Positions 35,035 through 46,904 of a stretch of 64,000 nucleotides of DNA are shown piece by piece; position 1 is the first letter of the stretch; each line of letters begins with the position of its first letter. A program made the translations under genes and the position numbers. This DNA is from Candidatus Hermodarchaeota archaeon (lineage in GTDB: Archaea; Asgardarchaeota; Lokiarchaeia; Sigyniarchaeales; SOKP01), in assembly GCA_048885925.1 (NCBI GenBank), contig JBHLLG010000001.1, forward strand, positions 163,105 through 227,104, given 5' to 3'. Under the pieces are notes generated by a model. It worked only from the letters and a program-made list of their open reading frames with translations. It was not told the DNA's origin and ran no database searches.

Positions 35035-38000
35035 ATGACAAATATTAAGCTAATTTTTAAATATGCATTTCTTGATCTTAAAAAGCAAAAGATTAGAGCA
35101 ATATTAGCAATAATTGGAATGCTTATTTCTATAGGTCTTCTTACAGTTGTACTATTTCTATCAGATTCTATTGCTGTGGGTTTTGTGGACTATTTATCTA
35201 TAGATTCCGGCAATCAAGATGCTGTAATTTCTGTAAGACATTATAATGAAGAACCTGATAATAGATCCTCCTATTTTGAATATAATCCTCTTATTAACAT
35301 AATTCAAGAAACAACAAATGCTATTGAAAATTTCATACCAAGAATGGAAATAGAGGGATCAGTTAATATTTCAGAAGGTTATTATACAACAAACATAACA
35401 AATGAAGAAGAATGGTGCACAATTTCAGCAATAAATTTTACTTTGGAAAATCAGTTAAATTTTGGATCTTTTTTGCATCCTATTGATAATCAATTGCTCG
35501 ATTTATATGAGCTACCTTTAAATCACTGCGCGATTTATTATGGCTTCAATGATATTATTAAATATTCTGAAGGTGATACAATAGAAATTAAAATGGAATT
35601 AACTTATGGGAATATTACCCTTAACCGTACAAAAAATCTAATAATCGATAAAATTTTCGATTTCAACTTAAAATGGCCAGTGCTGTACCGTAATAGAAAT
35701 TTAATTGTTGTTGACATTAATACTCTTTATCAATATTTTGGCCAAGAATTATTCATAGGAAAATGTAGCGATTTAATATTAACATTTAAAGGAAGCAGTA
35801 GTTTGTATGATATTAGGAATTTAGAGGATTCTAAAGCATTTATTAAAAATATTGTTGCAGATATTCAGATTGCAATCGGAATCAATGAATATAATATAGA
35901 TTTACCTAAATTAAGAGTCTTAGGATGGTACGAATCCCTCAATGTATTTATTGTTATAGTATTTGTTTTCGTTTCAATTATATCAATGCTTATTTCAGGT
36001 GTTCTTATTAATGGTATATTAAAAACCTCTGTGGAAGAACGAATAAGAGAATTTGGTATATTTAGAACTTTAGGGGCAAACAAAAGGTATAATTTAGCTA
36101 TTGTGCTGATGCAGGGATTTTTATTATGTAATTTTGGAGCTATTTCAGGAATTATAACAGCATTTATTATTTCCCGATTTATAATAATACCTTTTGCAAA
36201 TACTGTAATTTCGCAAAGTACATTGGGATTTGGTCATATACCTTTTACATTTACATGGTGGTCTATTATAATATCATATATTATGGGTATTAGTGTAGGA
36301 TTAATTGTTAGTATATCACCTGCATTCAAAGTAATGCGTCTTCAGTTAATCGAATCTATTCACCCATATCGTCATGAAGATACATTATATCATCTACAAA
36401 AGAAAGCTACGGTGAATTATAAATTAATTTTAGTTGGGATTATTTTAGCATTTAATGGAGGATTTGTCTTTTATGTAATCCCTCGAATTATGGTTGCAAG
36501 TGATTTATCACTCTTTGCTGGAACGTTGATAGCAATTTTGCTAATATTTAATATTGGTTTGACACTCGCAGGTTTGGGGCTGATACCATTAATTTTGAGG
36601 TTGGTGATTGAACTTTTTCGCCCATTTGCCCGAAAATTACATAATGTCATTAAAATCTTTATTTTTAGATATCAGCGAAGAAATTCTAGCACTATTATTA
36701 TTTTTGCATTGTCTTTCTCGTTCGTCATTTTTACCTCATCACTTATCAATACTCTATCAGCTCAATATTCCGCTATAACTCAATTATCATATGGGTCAGA
36801 TCTAGTTATTGAAACTACTGGTTGGAAAGAAGCTGATCAGAGATTTCAAGATCCTTTTGGAGGTGGTGGTTTTGGTATCATGGTTAGCAATGAAAATTCA
36901 ATTAATAGAAAAGAATCAGTAAAACTGCAATATAATATAGATTCTATAAATCCTAACAAAATCATTACCACAGAATTTGAAGAAAATCTAATGGCTATCG
37001 ACGGGATTGAGAAAGTTTCATCTGTCTTAGCCATGCCTTATCAACTAACTCAAATTTACGGGGAGGAGAAGAAAGAATTTGTAGCAGAAATAGGCGATTA
37101 TGCAGGTTTAAGTACACAAGAAATTACATTAATCGGAGTTGATGAAGAATATCCTTTTACTGTGAAGCGACAATTTATAGAAATGACTTCTGGAAATATT
37201 GATACTTCATTTAATAGTTTATTTGATACGGGTCAGCCATATACTTGTATTATCTCTGAGGCTATTTCGATAAATATGGATTTGTTATTGGGGGATAGAG
37301 TTAGGATTGTAATTCAAAGAGGTGATGAGTTAGAAATATATCCTTTCCGAATTGTTGGGGCAGCAAAAAGTATGCCAGGATTTTCTCAAGAATTTTCAGG
37401 GACAGTAATGGCTGCATCGATGGGTGGGGTGTTAATCTCAAACGAAGTATATTTGCAAATTTTGGATATTCCTCCAGTACCTTATTTAGATAAAATTTTT
37501 GTTAAACTCCGAGAAGATAAATTATCTGAAGCTCATCATATTGAGAAAACTATTGAGGATTTATATCAAGTAAATTATAATTTTAGGGTATCTAATCTTG
37601 CTAGAATGCTAGCACAACAAAGATCAGCTTTTTTTGTATTAGATACACTTTTTACCCTTATTTCGCTAACTACAGTATTTATTTGTGTTTTTGGATTACT
37701 TTCCTCTTCATACTCCACAATAATAGAAAGATATAAAGAGATTGGCATTGTGAGAACTTTAGGTTTAAAAGGGAGAGAAATCAATCGCTTATTTATTCTT
37801 GAGTCTTTAATAATAATGATAAGTAGTGGGACTGTAGGGATTATAGTTGGTTGGCTTACAAGTTGGCTTGTGACAAGTCAAATGATGGGGACATTTCTAG
37901 GGATGCCAAGTTTAATTTATGTACCTTGGTTTAATATTATATTAATTTACCTACTTTCTTTTGTAATGATTTTCTTAGGAATGAAGTTATTGTTAAGGAA

Positions 38001-38046
38001 AGTTAGAAAAAAGAAAATCGTAGAAATATATAGAGAATCGCTTTAA
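35035..38046 (+). CDS. FtsX/MacB-like ABC permease (two fused halves)
   Basis: ERIREFGIFRTLG and ERYKEIGIVRTLG motifs, two large extracytoplasmic domains. Confidence 0.9.
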   Translation: MTNIKLIFKYAFLDLKKQKIRAILAIIGMLISIGLLTVVLFLSDSIAVGFVDYLSIDSGNQDAVISVRHYNEEPDNRSSYFEYNPLINIIQETTNAIENFIPRMEIEGSVNISEGYYTTNITNEEEWCTISAINFTLENQLNFGSFLHPIDNQLLDLYELPLNHCAIYYGFNDIIKYSEGDTIEIKMELTYGNITLNRTKNLIIDKIFDFNLKWPVLYRNRNLIVVDINTLYQYFGQELFIGKCSDLILTFKGSSSLYDIRNLEDSKAFIKNIVADIQIAIGINEYNIDLPKLRVLGWYESLNVFIVIVFVFVSIISMLISGVLINGILKTSVEERIREFGIFRTLGANKRYNLAIVLMQGFLLCNFGAISGIITAFIISRFIIIPFANTVISQSTLGFGHIPFTFTWWSIIISYIMGISVGLIVSISPAFKVMRLQLIESIHPYRHEDTLYHLQKKATVNYKLILVGIILAFNGGFVFYVIPRIMVASDLSLFAGTLIAILLIFNIGLTLAGLGLIPLILRLVIELFRPFARKLHNVIKIFIFRYQRRNSSTIIIFALSFSFVIFTSSLINTLSAQYSAITQLSYGSDLVIETTGWKEADQRFQDPFGGGGFGIMVSNENSINRKESVKLQYNIDSINPNKIITTEFEENLMAIDGIEKVSSVLAMPYQLTQIYGEEKKEFVAEIGDYAGLSTQEITLIGVDEEYPFTVKRQFIEMTSGNIDTSFNSLFDTGQPYTCIISEAISINMDLLLGDRVRIVIQRGDELEIYPFRIVGAAKSMPGFSQEFSGTVMAASMGGVLISNEVYLQILDIPPVPYLDKIFVKLREDKLSEAHHIEKTIEDLYQVNYNFRVSNLARMLAQQRSAFFVLDTLFTLISLTTVFICVFGLLSSSYSTIIERYKEIGIVRTLGLKGREINRLFILESLIIMISSGTVGIIVGWLTSWLVTSQMMGTFLGMPSLIYVPWFNIILIYLLSFVMIFLGMKLLLRKVRKKKIVEIYRESL

Positions 38047-38061
38047 TGGGGTGCAAAAATA

Positions 38062-41000
38062 ATGAGAATAAATAAAATAATAATAATTTATATTTTACTT
38101 TTCATGGCCTTTCTCACACCCTTAATCACAATAATAGATTATTCTAAGAAAAATATCTTTATAGAAGAAACAAATGTATTAGAGATTAATAAGAATCATT
38201 TGAAATCTTCAGATATAGCTGGCTCTGATCTTTATTCTGAAAGCATTGATGCATTTGTTGCTGGAAATAAATCTATTATTAAACAATCACTTTTTACAAA
38301 TGACACTAACATTCTTTCTCAATTTGACTCAAATGATCCTGCTTTCTATAAATGTAATGTATTTATAAGTGCTTCAAATGGTATAAATTCGGAAATTTTT
38401 CCAAGAATCTTAACTGAGAGCGGATTATCTTCTCACTATTCTACAAGTTTCAATAATTTTGCTGGATTTCTTTTTTATGATAAGGATTTGAAGAGTTCTG
38501 ATGCAAAATTAAGAGCAGAAAGAGCGCTTGAGATAATTAAAAGAAAATTTATGATCGATCTGATAATGGTTAATACATCAGAACCCAATTTTTTTCCTTT
38601 TGTTGGAGCTTGTCCAAATTGGGATTGTTTTCTAAGTGAGCTTACAAGTAATTTTCCGATGGATGGGTATTGGAAAGCTTTTGATTTCGAACGTTTAACG
38701 AGCCAAGAATACGTGGAAAATTATCATATTTCCTCTAGTTTTATGCTACTTAATTCATTAGATTTTTTTGAAGGAGAATATGATATTGAAATAGATCAGG
38801 TTAATTTTAATTTAGAATCCCTAGATTTATCTTTCCTTGAAGGAATAGAAGTTGAAAATGTAATCGATCAATTCAATAATACAGCGGAGATCTATGGAGA
38901 TATATTTAATGTAACAATTTCAGAAGATGAATTAGAGCAACTTATTGAAAGTTTTAGTTCGTTTACACTTGCGTCTGATTCAAACTATGCAACAATATCA
39001 ATTCAATATGAGGGTTTGAGTGGAGGTATACAGAAAATTAATGATAATCAATATAATTTCAATTTATGGAACTCATTAGGTTATGAGGGTGAACCTCTAG
39101 CTCCAAGTGAAAAAATTTATATTGCTCTGGCGGGTGCTTTTATGAGTGAAATTGAAATTAATATATTATGTACAGATATTATTGATGCAACTCCAACAAA
39201 TTATGAATTTTCCGAATATCTATTAGAACAAGTAGGTTTAATTTTTTATCTAAGTGGAATTGATTTAGATATTGAACAATTAAAAAATTATTCATTTGAT
39301 TTATTCTGGGTTAATGAAGAAGGTATAAAACATTCCTATATTAAACCAGTTAATCTGGAAAATCCATCTGATATAATTAATATAATTCAAATACTAGGGT
39401 TTCAAGGTTTTTCTTTTATTCCAACAGGTATTATAAATCCTATTGAAGATCTTTCAGTTACATACAATACTTCTAATTCAGAACCTAATTTAATACTTAA
39501 GAAAGAAATAATTGGAGGGAATGGATCATATGGAGCATTTAGAAATTTTTCATATTACATCTCTACAAAAAATGTTGGAAACACTATTGCTTGGGGGATT
39601 CCTACCCCAGTTCCTCTTGAACTAAATAACTTCTTTCTTCTTCTAACACTTGGCAATCAACAACTTGCTGATCAACTTCAAGATACTATATGGGAAATTA
39701 TTCGGATTGAGTATCCAAATCAATATGATTCATTAGAAGATTTTTTTAATTTTGATGAAGATCCTCGAATATTTTGTTTTGATACGTTTGGTACAGGTGT
39801 ATATGATGCTTTCTATCCAGATTTACTTAATTTTACAAATTTATGGCCCTATAATGAAAGAATGGACAATGTAATTAACAAACTAATCACAGGTTATCCT
39901 CTAATAATTGATGCATTATTAATTTTAGGGCTCACTCCTACCGAGATTAAAGATCTGTTTATGAATAATAATAGTATATGGAATGATGATAATTGGAAAT
40001 TGAATCCAGGTGAAATTATTTCATATCAAATTAACAACTATTCTATTGCAAATTTAGACACGTTTTCTCCGTTTTATAGAAATAATTTCACGATTCAATC
40101 CACCCCATCAACACCAAGAATTATCTTGGGGTCAGAAAATACTGGAACAACACCAGCAATGGCATTATTAAATGATAATGAAAGCTGGATAATTGATTCC
40201 GCTGAAAAGTTTTTAGAACAAAGGATTCAAATTGAATTTATTTTTAAAAATGATACTAAAATTGATTTTATTAATAATACTTTAGAAAGTGTCTCTATAA
40301 TAATAAATTTCAGTGCTCCGGATGATTTACAATCACTTAATTTTGAAATTTTTGATTTTAGTAAAGAAGAATTTAGAAATATTGATCCATATTTAGACTC
40401 TATTATAAATAACAGCTGGACATTCTCCATCATTAAAAATAACGATTCTCTAAATTGGATTTTTTATTCGCCAGAAAATAATGACTATACTGTGCTTTTT
40501 AGAATTACGGGTTCTGATTCAGAAATGTTTAATATATCCATTAATGATCTAGATATTGAATTTTCTAACAGAGATATTAATATTTATGAGGATCAAGGAT
40601 CATATGTCTTTTTTAGCTCTTCAACGGGTAATATTCAATTTGAGAGGCATTCAAATTCAATTCCACTTAGTACTTATAATGCAGCATTATTGATAGCAAA
40701 TTCTTCTTTAACTAATTTTAATTCAAATCCTGGGGATCTCAATACTTATACAATTTTCCTAAAGAATATTGGTTCTAATATAGCTAAAAATATAACAATT
40801 TCATTATTAATTCCTGGCATAATTGAAAAAACTAATAATTTCACGCTTCAAAATAGTAATTTAACATATTTCTTAGCCGAATTGAGTCCCTTACAAGAAA
40901 TATCACTAAATTTTACATTTTATATTCCAAATTCAATATCTATTAATCAAATTTCAATTTCATACCATAATCCAGAAAATATTGAAGGAGGAAATACGTC

Positions 41001-42045
41001 TAAAATAGTGAGTTTTACAAATGAGGTTTATATTCTGGCATCAATTGATTATGACTCTTACATTCCATTTGTTAGAACTGTTGCGATTAATTATAGTACT
41101 CATGAATCCTATTCAACTGAAATTGCACCAGCTATAGGTGATAATTTTAACTTGACAGTTAATCTTAGAAATGTGAGCCCTAATGGATTTAGTATTCCAG
41201 ATCTGAATCTATTAATGAATGATCAGTTTGGTGATTTAAAACGAATAGATAACAATTCTATTTACTTTAATGATATTGCTTATAATGAAATAAACTCATT
41301 TAATTTTACTTTAAAGAAAGTAGGATGGAGAGGTTATTATTATCCTCCTATTAACTCCATTAAAAGTTCAGAAAGTAGAACAATCCAAATTTCTGAATCT
41401 TCTTCCATGATATTAGGAAATATCAATTTTTCAATAATTAAGTCTGTGAATAAAGCACAAATAGAAATTGGGGACATTATAAATGTTGTTGTTGAAGTGG
41501 AAAATACAGGAACAATTAGTATTATGAATATTAAACTTAATGATATGGTTAGTTATTCTCAATCAGAATTCTCTTTAGTCGAAGGGAAATTGGTTAATAT
41601 AACAGATTCCTTAGATCCTGGTCAAAAAGATTATTTAAAGTATTCAATCAAGGGAAAAAAACAGGGTTTAGTCAGTTTAAAGCCTGCAAGCATTAAATTT
41701 TATTATCTTCATCAAAAATTAGTGATTTCTAATGACGTTTCTCTCAAAGTTATTACTCCAATATTAAGACAGTATTTATATATTGCTTTACCATTTTTAA
41801 TCTCCTTAGTTATATTAATTGCCTATTACTGGCAAATTAGAAACTACAAAAGGAAGAAAAGCCAATATCAGAGAGCTGAAATAAATCTTTTTGAACTCAG
41901 CTCAAGAGAATCAATACTTAAGAAAGAACAGACTCTACGAGAAAGACTTAGCATTTTAACAAATAAATACAAAGAAAAGAGCATTATCTTTGAAACGAAT
42001 AAGGGATTTGATAATTCAGATAATTCAATCAATAAAGGAGGTTAG
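38062..42045 (+). CDS. Large membrane-anchored surface glycoprotein with DUF11/CARDB-like Ig domains
   Basis: N-terminal hydrophobic signal; repeats STKNVGNT, FLKNIGSN, EVENTG; many N-x-S/T sequons; C-terminal TM (LYIALPFLISLVILIAYYW) plus basic tail. Confidence 0.65.
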   Translation: MRINKIIIIYILLFMAFLTPLITIIDYSKKNIFIEETNVLEINKNHLKSSDIAGSDLYSESIDAFVAGNKSIIKQSLFTNDTNILSQFDSNDPAFYKCNVFISASNGINSEIFPRILTESGLSSHYSTSFNNFAGFLFYDKDLKSSDAKLRAERALEIIKRKFMIDLIMVNTSEPNFFPFVGACPNWDCFLSELTSNFPMDGYWKAFDFERLTSQEYVENYHISSSFMLLNSLDFFEGEYDIEIDQVNFNLESLDLSFLEGIEVENVIDQFNNTAEIYGDIFNVTISEDELEQLIESFSSFTLASDSNYATISIQYEGLSGGIQKINDNQYNFNLWNSLGYEGEPLAPSEKIYIALAGAFMSEIEINILCTDIIDATPTNYEFSEYLLEQVGLIFYLSGIDLDIEQLKNYSFDLFWVNEEGIKHSYIKPVNLENPSDIINIIQILGFQGFSFIPTGIINPIEDLSVTYNTSNSEPNLILKKEIIGGNGSYGAFRNFSYYISTKNVGNTIAWGIPTPVPLELNNFFLLLTLGNQQLADQLQDTIWEIIRIEYPNQYDSLEDFFNFDEDPRIFCFDTFGTGVYDAFYPDLLNFTNLWPYNERMDNVINKLITGYPLIIDALLILGLTPTEIKDLFMNNNSIWNDDNWKLNPGEIISYQINNYSIANLDTFSPFYRNNFTIQSTPSTPRIILGSENTGTTPAMALLNDNESWIIDSAEKFLEQRIQIEFIFKNDTKIDFINNTLESVSIIINFSAPDDLQSLNFEIFDFSKEEFRNIDPYLDSIINNSWTFSIIKNNDSLNWIFYSPENNDYTVLFRITGSDSEMFNISINDLDIEFSNRDINIYEDQGSYVFFSSSTGNIQFERHSNSIPLSTYNAALLIANSSLTNFNSNPGDLNTYTIFLKNIGSNIAKNITISLLIPGIIEKTNNFTLQNSNLTYFLAELSPLQEISLNFTFYIPNSISINQISISYHNPENIEGGNTSKIVSFTNEVYILASIDYDSYIPFVRTVAINYSTHESYSTEIAPAIGDNFNLTVNLRNVSPNGFSIPDLNLLMNDQFGDLKRIDNNSIYFNDIAYNEINSFNFTLKKVGWRGYYYPPINSIKSSESRTIQISESSSMILGNINFSIIKSVNKAQIEIGDIINVVVEVENTGTISIMNIKLNDMVSYSQSEFSLVEGKLVNITDSLDPGQKDYLKYSIKGKKQGLVSLKPASIKFYYLHQKLVISNDVSLKVITPILRQYLYIALPFLISLVILIAYYWQIRNYKRKKSQYQRAEINLFELSSRESILKKEQTLRERLSILTNKYKEKSIIFETNKGFDNSDNSINKGG

Positions 42046-42047
42046 AG

Positions 42048-45000
42048 ATGAGAAAAAAGCAAATATCTTCTTTATTATTACTCATGATCTTGACACTTTC
42101 AATTTATAGTTCTATTCTTTATAACATAAAACCATATTCTTTTTCCCAAAATGTAATTGAAGAGGAAGAAAATGTATTTGAAGTTAATTCATCCAGTCTC
42201 TATAACAAAAATATTATTGTCTTTTTGAAAAAACCATTATTCAATAGTACAGTTAGGAATCGTTTTGAATATTATGGAGGAATTATAAAAACAGAGTGGA
42301 ATAATCAATTCAACTCAATTTCAGGATTTGCAGGTATTATGCCTCTCGAAAACAACAAAACTGCTTTTCAAAATGAGTTTCGAGATGTCATTATAGAAAA
42401 TGATGAGATAATAGAGGCTCAAATGAATTATGCTTCGATTCAATCGGGTGCATTTAATTCAACAGGATATCTAATGGATTCAAAAGGAAATACTAATTCT
42501 TCTATAGCCGTTTTTGATACTGGGATTAATCCTAATCATGATTATTTTCCAAAAGGTTATGACCCCATAGATTTAAATGGTAATATTGTAGGATGGGAGA
42601 ATTTTGTTGATGCACAAGGTATCTCTGATGATAATGGTCATGGTACTTATATATCATCTATTATTGCTGGAACAGGAATAGACACATATGATTCCAATTC
42701 CCCTTCTATAATTAAAGTTCATGGTAACTATTCTCATATAGAATTATTTGATGACTCTTTTGCGTCAAATAATTTTAGCTTAAAAATTTTCTCTTTCAAT
42801 GCTTCTAAAGCAGATTCAAACATTTTAATTAATTCATCATGGAATTATGAAGTGGAGGGGATAGATAAATTTTGGTTTGAGTTATATTATAATAATAGTT
42901 TAGTCAACTCCTCATATAATGAAATTCCCAATAATGATTATGTTATAAATTATACAATTACTCCAGAAACTTTAGGAATTTATGATTTATTTATAAAATA
43001 CCATAAAATCTTTTCGGCTTATCCAATTTTTTCTTTTAACTCTCAAATCTCTTTTGTTCCCGAGGTTTATATTGAAAATAGAAATCATTTTACGGGTATT
43101 GCGAATGGGACTAAAATAGTCGCTTATAAGATTTTAAATCAATCAGGAATCGGATATTGTTCCGATTTAATATCAGCTTTCGCAAGTGTTATACAAAATA
43201 GAAATACATCTCATATTATTAGTATTTGTTTAAGTGTTGCCACATTAGGAGAAGATGTAAAAGCAGCAAATGAAGTTATTAATGAAGCGATTGAGAATGG
43301 AATATTAGTTGTAATTGCTGCTGGAAATACAGGTATAGACATTTCAAATTCATTTAATAAGTTAGCCCAAAATAAAAATGCAATAGTAGTGGGCGCAACA
43401 AATGATATGGATCAGGTTACTTCATATAGTAGTATTGGTAAAGAATTTAAGAACGTCACCAAGCCAGATATAGTTGCTCCCGGAGGAAGTAAAGTGCCAG
43501 AGCATCGTTCAATTATATCAGCAGATATCGAATATGATAAGGCTACCGCGTCTTATGGAACTTCAATTGCTACTGCGATTGTATCTGCTGCTATTAATAT
43601 TTTAATTGAAGCAAAATGGGACAATTGGAATGAATGGAACACTTTAAATTTAACAGAATGGGTAAAATATATCAAATCATTTTTATTAATGACTGCTTCA
43701 GAAACCAATCTTGAAAGAGAAGATGATCCCGCTACTGAAATAAATGAGAGTGAATACTCACCATCAATATCTAATGCACCTATAACAGATGGGCTGAAAG
43801 ATATACATGAAGGATATGGGAGATTAAATATTCAATCTGCTATTGATGCCTTAACTAAAAATGTACAAGTTAATACTGTTGTAAATGGAAGTTTAACAAG
43901 TTCTCAAGAAAATCCTGCTGGTCCTCATGTATTTGCCCGTCAGATTAAGCTTACTAAGGATATTCAATATATTTTTAATTTATCAATTGCAGATTCAAGT
44001 GCTAATTTCGATATGTATTTATTTTCAAATAAATCAAATAACTATGGTGAACCAATTCTTCTAGAATCCTCAAGAAAAGGGTACGGAGACTTTAATTATT
44101 TCTATTTTACCCCCAAGTTCAATGAAACTAATTGTGTAATCACAATAAAAGCACTTGAGGGAATAAGCGACTTCTCTTTGAATATTTCGACCATTGCAAA
44201 TTATTTCAAACCAGAATTAAAAATTCCCGAAATCAGTTATATTGGGGGTTCTAAAAATGCAACAATTATAAGTTTTCAAGAATTTATGGGGTATGAACCA
44301 CTAAAAAATTATAGTATTGATAGTTATAGGTTTTATATTGAATACTATGATAATGATACTTCAAACGTTCCTCCCCAAGAAGTATACGTTTCTATTTTAG
44401 AAATGTCGAAAAATTTCACTTTAACTCAATTTTTTGCCCCAGATAATAATTATACTGACGGTGCTTTATTCATTAGTGATTATGTTCAATTTTCTGGACC
44501 TGGTATATTTAACTACTTCTTTTTTGCTAGTGATGGGAATTTTAAAACAATATATCCTGAAACAACTTATTTCAATATTACAATTGAGTTCCCAACAGAA
44601 AGTATAGAATTCCCATATAATCATAATTTTAACGATGGGTTTGGGAATTGGACTTATACTGGAACAGGATGGGGATTATTATCTCAAAATAATATAAATG
44701 ATAATAGATCGAGGATTTATCAAAATTCATGGAATGCTCTATTTTTTGGTACTTATCATGATTATCCAAGTAATTATACGTATCAACCCATCAGATTAAC
44801 CGAAGATCCATTTCCAAATGGTTCATTAATTAGTCCATTATTTAATTTATTAAATCTTAATGCAAGTACAACCGATCCATATGTAAAAATTGGATTTAGA
44901 GTAAGTATCAACGCAGGAGACTTTATTTATTTGCAAGTTAATCTAAATTGGACTGGTTGGATCACTCTAAGAACATATACAAATATAGAACAAGAATGGT

Positions 45001-46892
45001 TTATGGAAATAATCAATTTAACTCAGTATATTGGATATTTTATCCAATTTAGATTTTTAACGTCTCTAGATGAAGATTATGATTCTGTGAGTTATAAAGG
45101 ATTTATTTTGGATTATTTTGCAATCGAAAATTATACTAATGAAAATTCACCATCAATTATATTTGATTTAAATAGAAATATTCCATATACTCAAGGTTCA
45201 GTTTATGAGAAATATACATTTTCATGTGAATATTTTGATTTAGATAATAATTATCCAGAATTTGTTTATTTAGAAATTGATAATAATAATTACACTATGT
45301 ATAATCTCTATGGTGACTGGAATGCTAGTGATTATAATATAGGGAAAAAAGGTATATATTTCCTTAGATCTCTGATACTAGAAGAAATTTCCAATCAATC
45401 ATTCAGATTTCATATTTCAGATGGAAAGTATTTAGTTACAACAGAATTTTATAATCTAAATAATACCCTCTTTAAATTTATTAATCCTATTCCTTTAGAA
45501 TTTAATGTTTATAAAGATAATAAGCATATTGGATATTGTTTTTCAAATACAAATTTATCAGATTATTATATAACAGGAATTCCATCACAAAAAGAAATAA
45601 CAGCTTGGTTTGGGGGAGATAATACTTGGCATCCAATAATTCGGCTTAATAGTCCTCTTATTTATGGAGGTAGAGGGCAAAGTTTTGGAGGTTTTGAACA
45701 AGGATATGGCCCTAATTGGGATGCAAATCTAATTACTCGATTACTACATTTGCGAGGTGAATATAAGATATATTTTGAATTTGATTATGAAATTTCTCTT
45801 CAGAATGAATTTTTTGAACCTGAAGATCAACTTGATAGATGTGTTATTTCAATATCAATAGATTTTGGTGAAACCTGGGAAATTCTTGAGGAATTTACAT
45901 ATGAGAGTGAAGAGCTTTCTGGAAGTAAGAAATATGATATTTCTCAATATTCCAATGAAGATATAATGATAATGTTCACATTAAATACAAATGATAATAT
46001 AGCTGGATTAGGATATGGGTGGCTGTTATCTAATATTTATATTGGTTATGATAGATCTACAGATTTCATCCATCCAGAAATTGAAATAATTAGTCCAGAG
46101 CCTGACACAAGAATAAAATCAACAACAATAATAAGGGCCCTTATCACCGACAATATTGAACTTGATGAATCAAGAATTTATATATATCTTAATAATAAGA
46201 GTGTTGATATAAATAAGCTTACATTTACTAGTGATACCGGAATTTTAGAATTTATCTGGGACAGTACTCAAAATGCTGATGGTAAATATGAAATCAAAGT
46301 AGTAGCCTATGATAAAACGGGAAATAAAGCAGAGTCTTCAATATTAGTAACAGTAGATAATATGAGATGGTGGCAAACATGGGGACCTTATATTATATTA
46401 ATTACAATTATAGTGGCCGTAGGATCAATATTATTCATTATTTCTGAAAAAAAAGGGAAAATATGGATCCAAAATATTAAAAACATCAGGGCTGAAAAAG
46501 TTAGGCTTAGAGATATTGATAAGGATCAAGTTATAAAACGAATAGAATTAATTGAAAAAGAAGAAGAATTATCACGACCTTTAACCTTGTACTGTAAATC
46601 TTGTAGATCATGGTTTTTCTCTGATCATTTTGATATAATCTGTCCTGTCTGTGAACATGATCAAATTTACGCAGCTTATTATTGTGAAAATTGTAAAAAC
46701 TTTTACTTTTTTGATGAACCAAGCCAAGATTACTACTGTAAAAATAAATCTTGTGAAGGAGTGAGATTAATTAGGAGAGAAAAAGAAGAAGTTCAAGAAT
46801 TTTTAGCTGCAGAAGGAAAAATTGTAAGGAAATTTGAAAGTAAGAGTAAAAAATTTAGTATTTTAGATGAATATAAGAATTTTGAAAGGTGA
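42048..46892 (+). CDS. Membrane-anchored subtilisin-like (S8) protease with C-terminal TM helix and cytoplasmic zinc ribbons
   Basis: Signal peptide; triad VFDTG / DNGHGT / GTSIAT; oxyanion AAGN; KPDIVAPG; GYGRLN; Ig-like domain; TM; then CKSC, CPVC, CENC, CKNKSC. Confidence 0.85.
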   Translation: MRKKQISSLLLLMILTLSIYSSILYNIKPYSFSQNVIEEEENVFEVNSSSLYNKNIIVFLKKPLFNSTVRNRFEYYGGIIKTEWNNQFNSISGFAGIMPLENNKTAFQNEFRDVIIENDEIIEAQMNYASIQSGAFNSTGYLMDSKGNTNSSIAVFDTGINPNHDYFPKGYDPIDLNGNIVGWENFVDAQGISDDNGHGTYISSIIAGTGIDTYDSNSPSIIKVHGNYSHIELFDDSFASNNFSLKIFSFNASKADSNILINSSWNYEVEGIDKFWFELYYNNSLVNSSYNEIPNNDYVINYTITPETLGIYDLFIKYHKIFSAYPIFSFNSQISFVPEVYIENRNHFTGIANGTKIVAYKILNQSGIGYCSDLISAFASVIQNRNTSHIISICLSVATLGEDVKAANEVINEAIENGILVVIAAGNTGIDISNSFNKLAQNKNAIVVGATNDMDQVTSYSSIGKEFKNVTKPDIVAPGGSKVPEHRSIISADIEYDKATASYGTSIATAIVSAAINILIEAKWDNWNEWNTLNLTEWVKYIKSFLLMTASETNLEREDDPATEINESEYSPSISNAPITDGLKDIHEGYGRLNIQSAIDALTKNVQVNTVVNGSLTSSQENPAGPHVFARQIKLTKDIQYIFNLSIADSSANFDMYLFSNKSNNYGEPILLESSRKGYGDFNYFYFTPKFNETNCVITIKALEGISDFSLNISTIANYFKPELKIPEISYIGGSKNATIISFQEFMGYEPLKNYSIDSYRFYIEYYDNDTSNVPPQEVYVSILEMSKNFTLTQFFAPDNNYTDGALFISDYVQFSGPGIFNYFFFASDGNFKTIYPETTYFNITIEFPTESIEFPYNHNFNDGFGNWTYTGTGWGLLSQNNINDNRSRIYQNSWNALFFGTYHDYPSNYTYQPIRLTEDPFPNGSLISPLFNLLNLNASTTDPYVKIGFRVSINAGDFIYLQVNLNWTGWITLRTYTNIEQEWFMEIINLTQYIGYFIQFRFLTSLDEDYDSVSYKGFILDYFAIENYTNENSPSIIFDLNRNIPYTQGSVYEKYTFSCEYFDLDNNYPEFVYLEIDNNNYTMYNLYGDWNASDYNIGKKGIYFLRSLILEEISNQSFRFHISDGKYLVTTEFYNLNNTLFKFINPIPLEFNVYKDNKHIGYCFSNTNLSDYYITGIPSQKEITAWFGGDNTWHPIIRLNSPLIYGGRGQSFGGFEQGYGPNWDANLITRLLHLRGEYKIYFEFDYEISLQNEFFEPEDQLDRCVISISIDFGETWEILEEFTYESEELSGSKKYDISQYSNEDIMIMFTLNTNDNIAGLGYGWLLSNIYIGYDRSTDFIHPEIEIISPEPDTRIKSTTIIRALITDNIELDESRIYIYLNNKSVDINKLTFTSDTGILEFIWDSTQNADGKYEIKVVAYDKTGNKAESSILVTVDNMRWWQTWGPYIILITIIVAVGSILFIISEKKGKIWIQNIKNIRAEKVRLRDIDKDQVIKRIELIEKEEELSRPLTLYCKSCRSWFFSDHFDIICPVCEHDQIYAAYYCENCKNFYFFDEPSQDYYCKNKSCEGVRLIRREKEEVQEFLAAEGKIVRKFESKSKKFSILDEYKNFER

Positions 46893-46904
46893 GATCAAAA
46901 AAAT

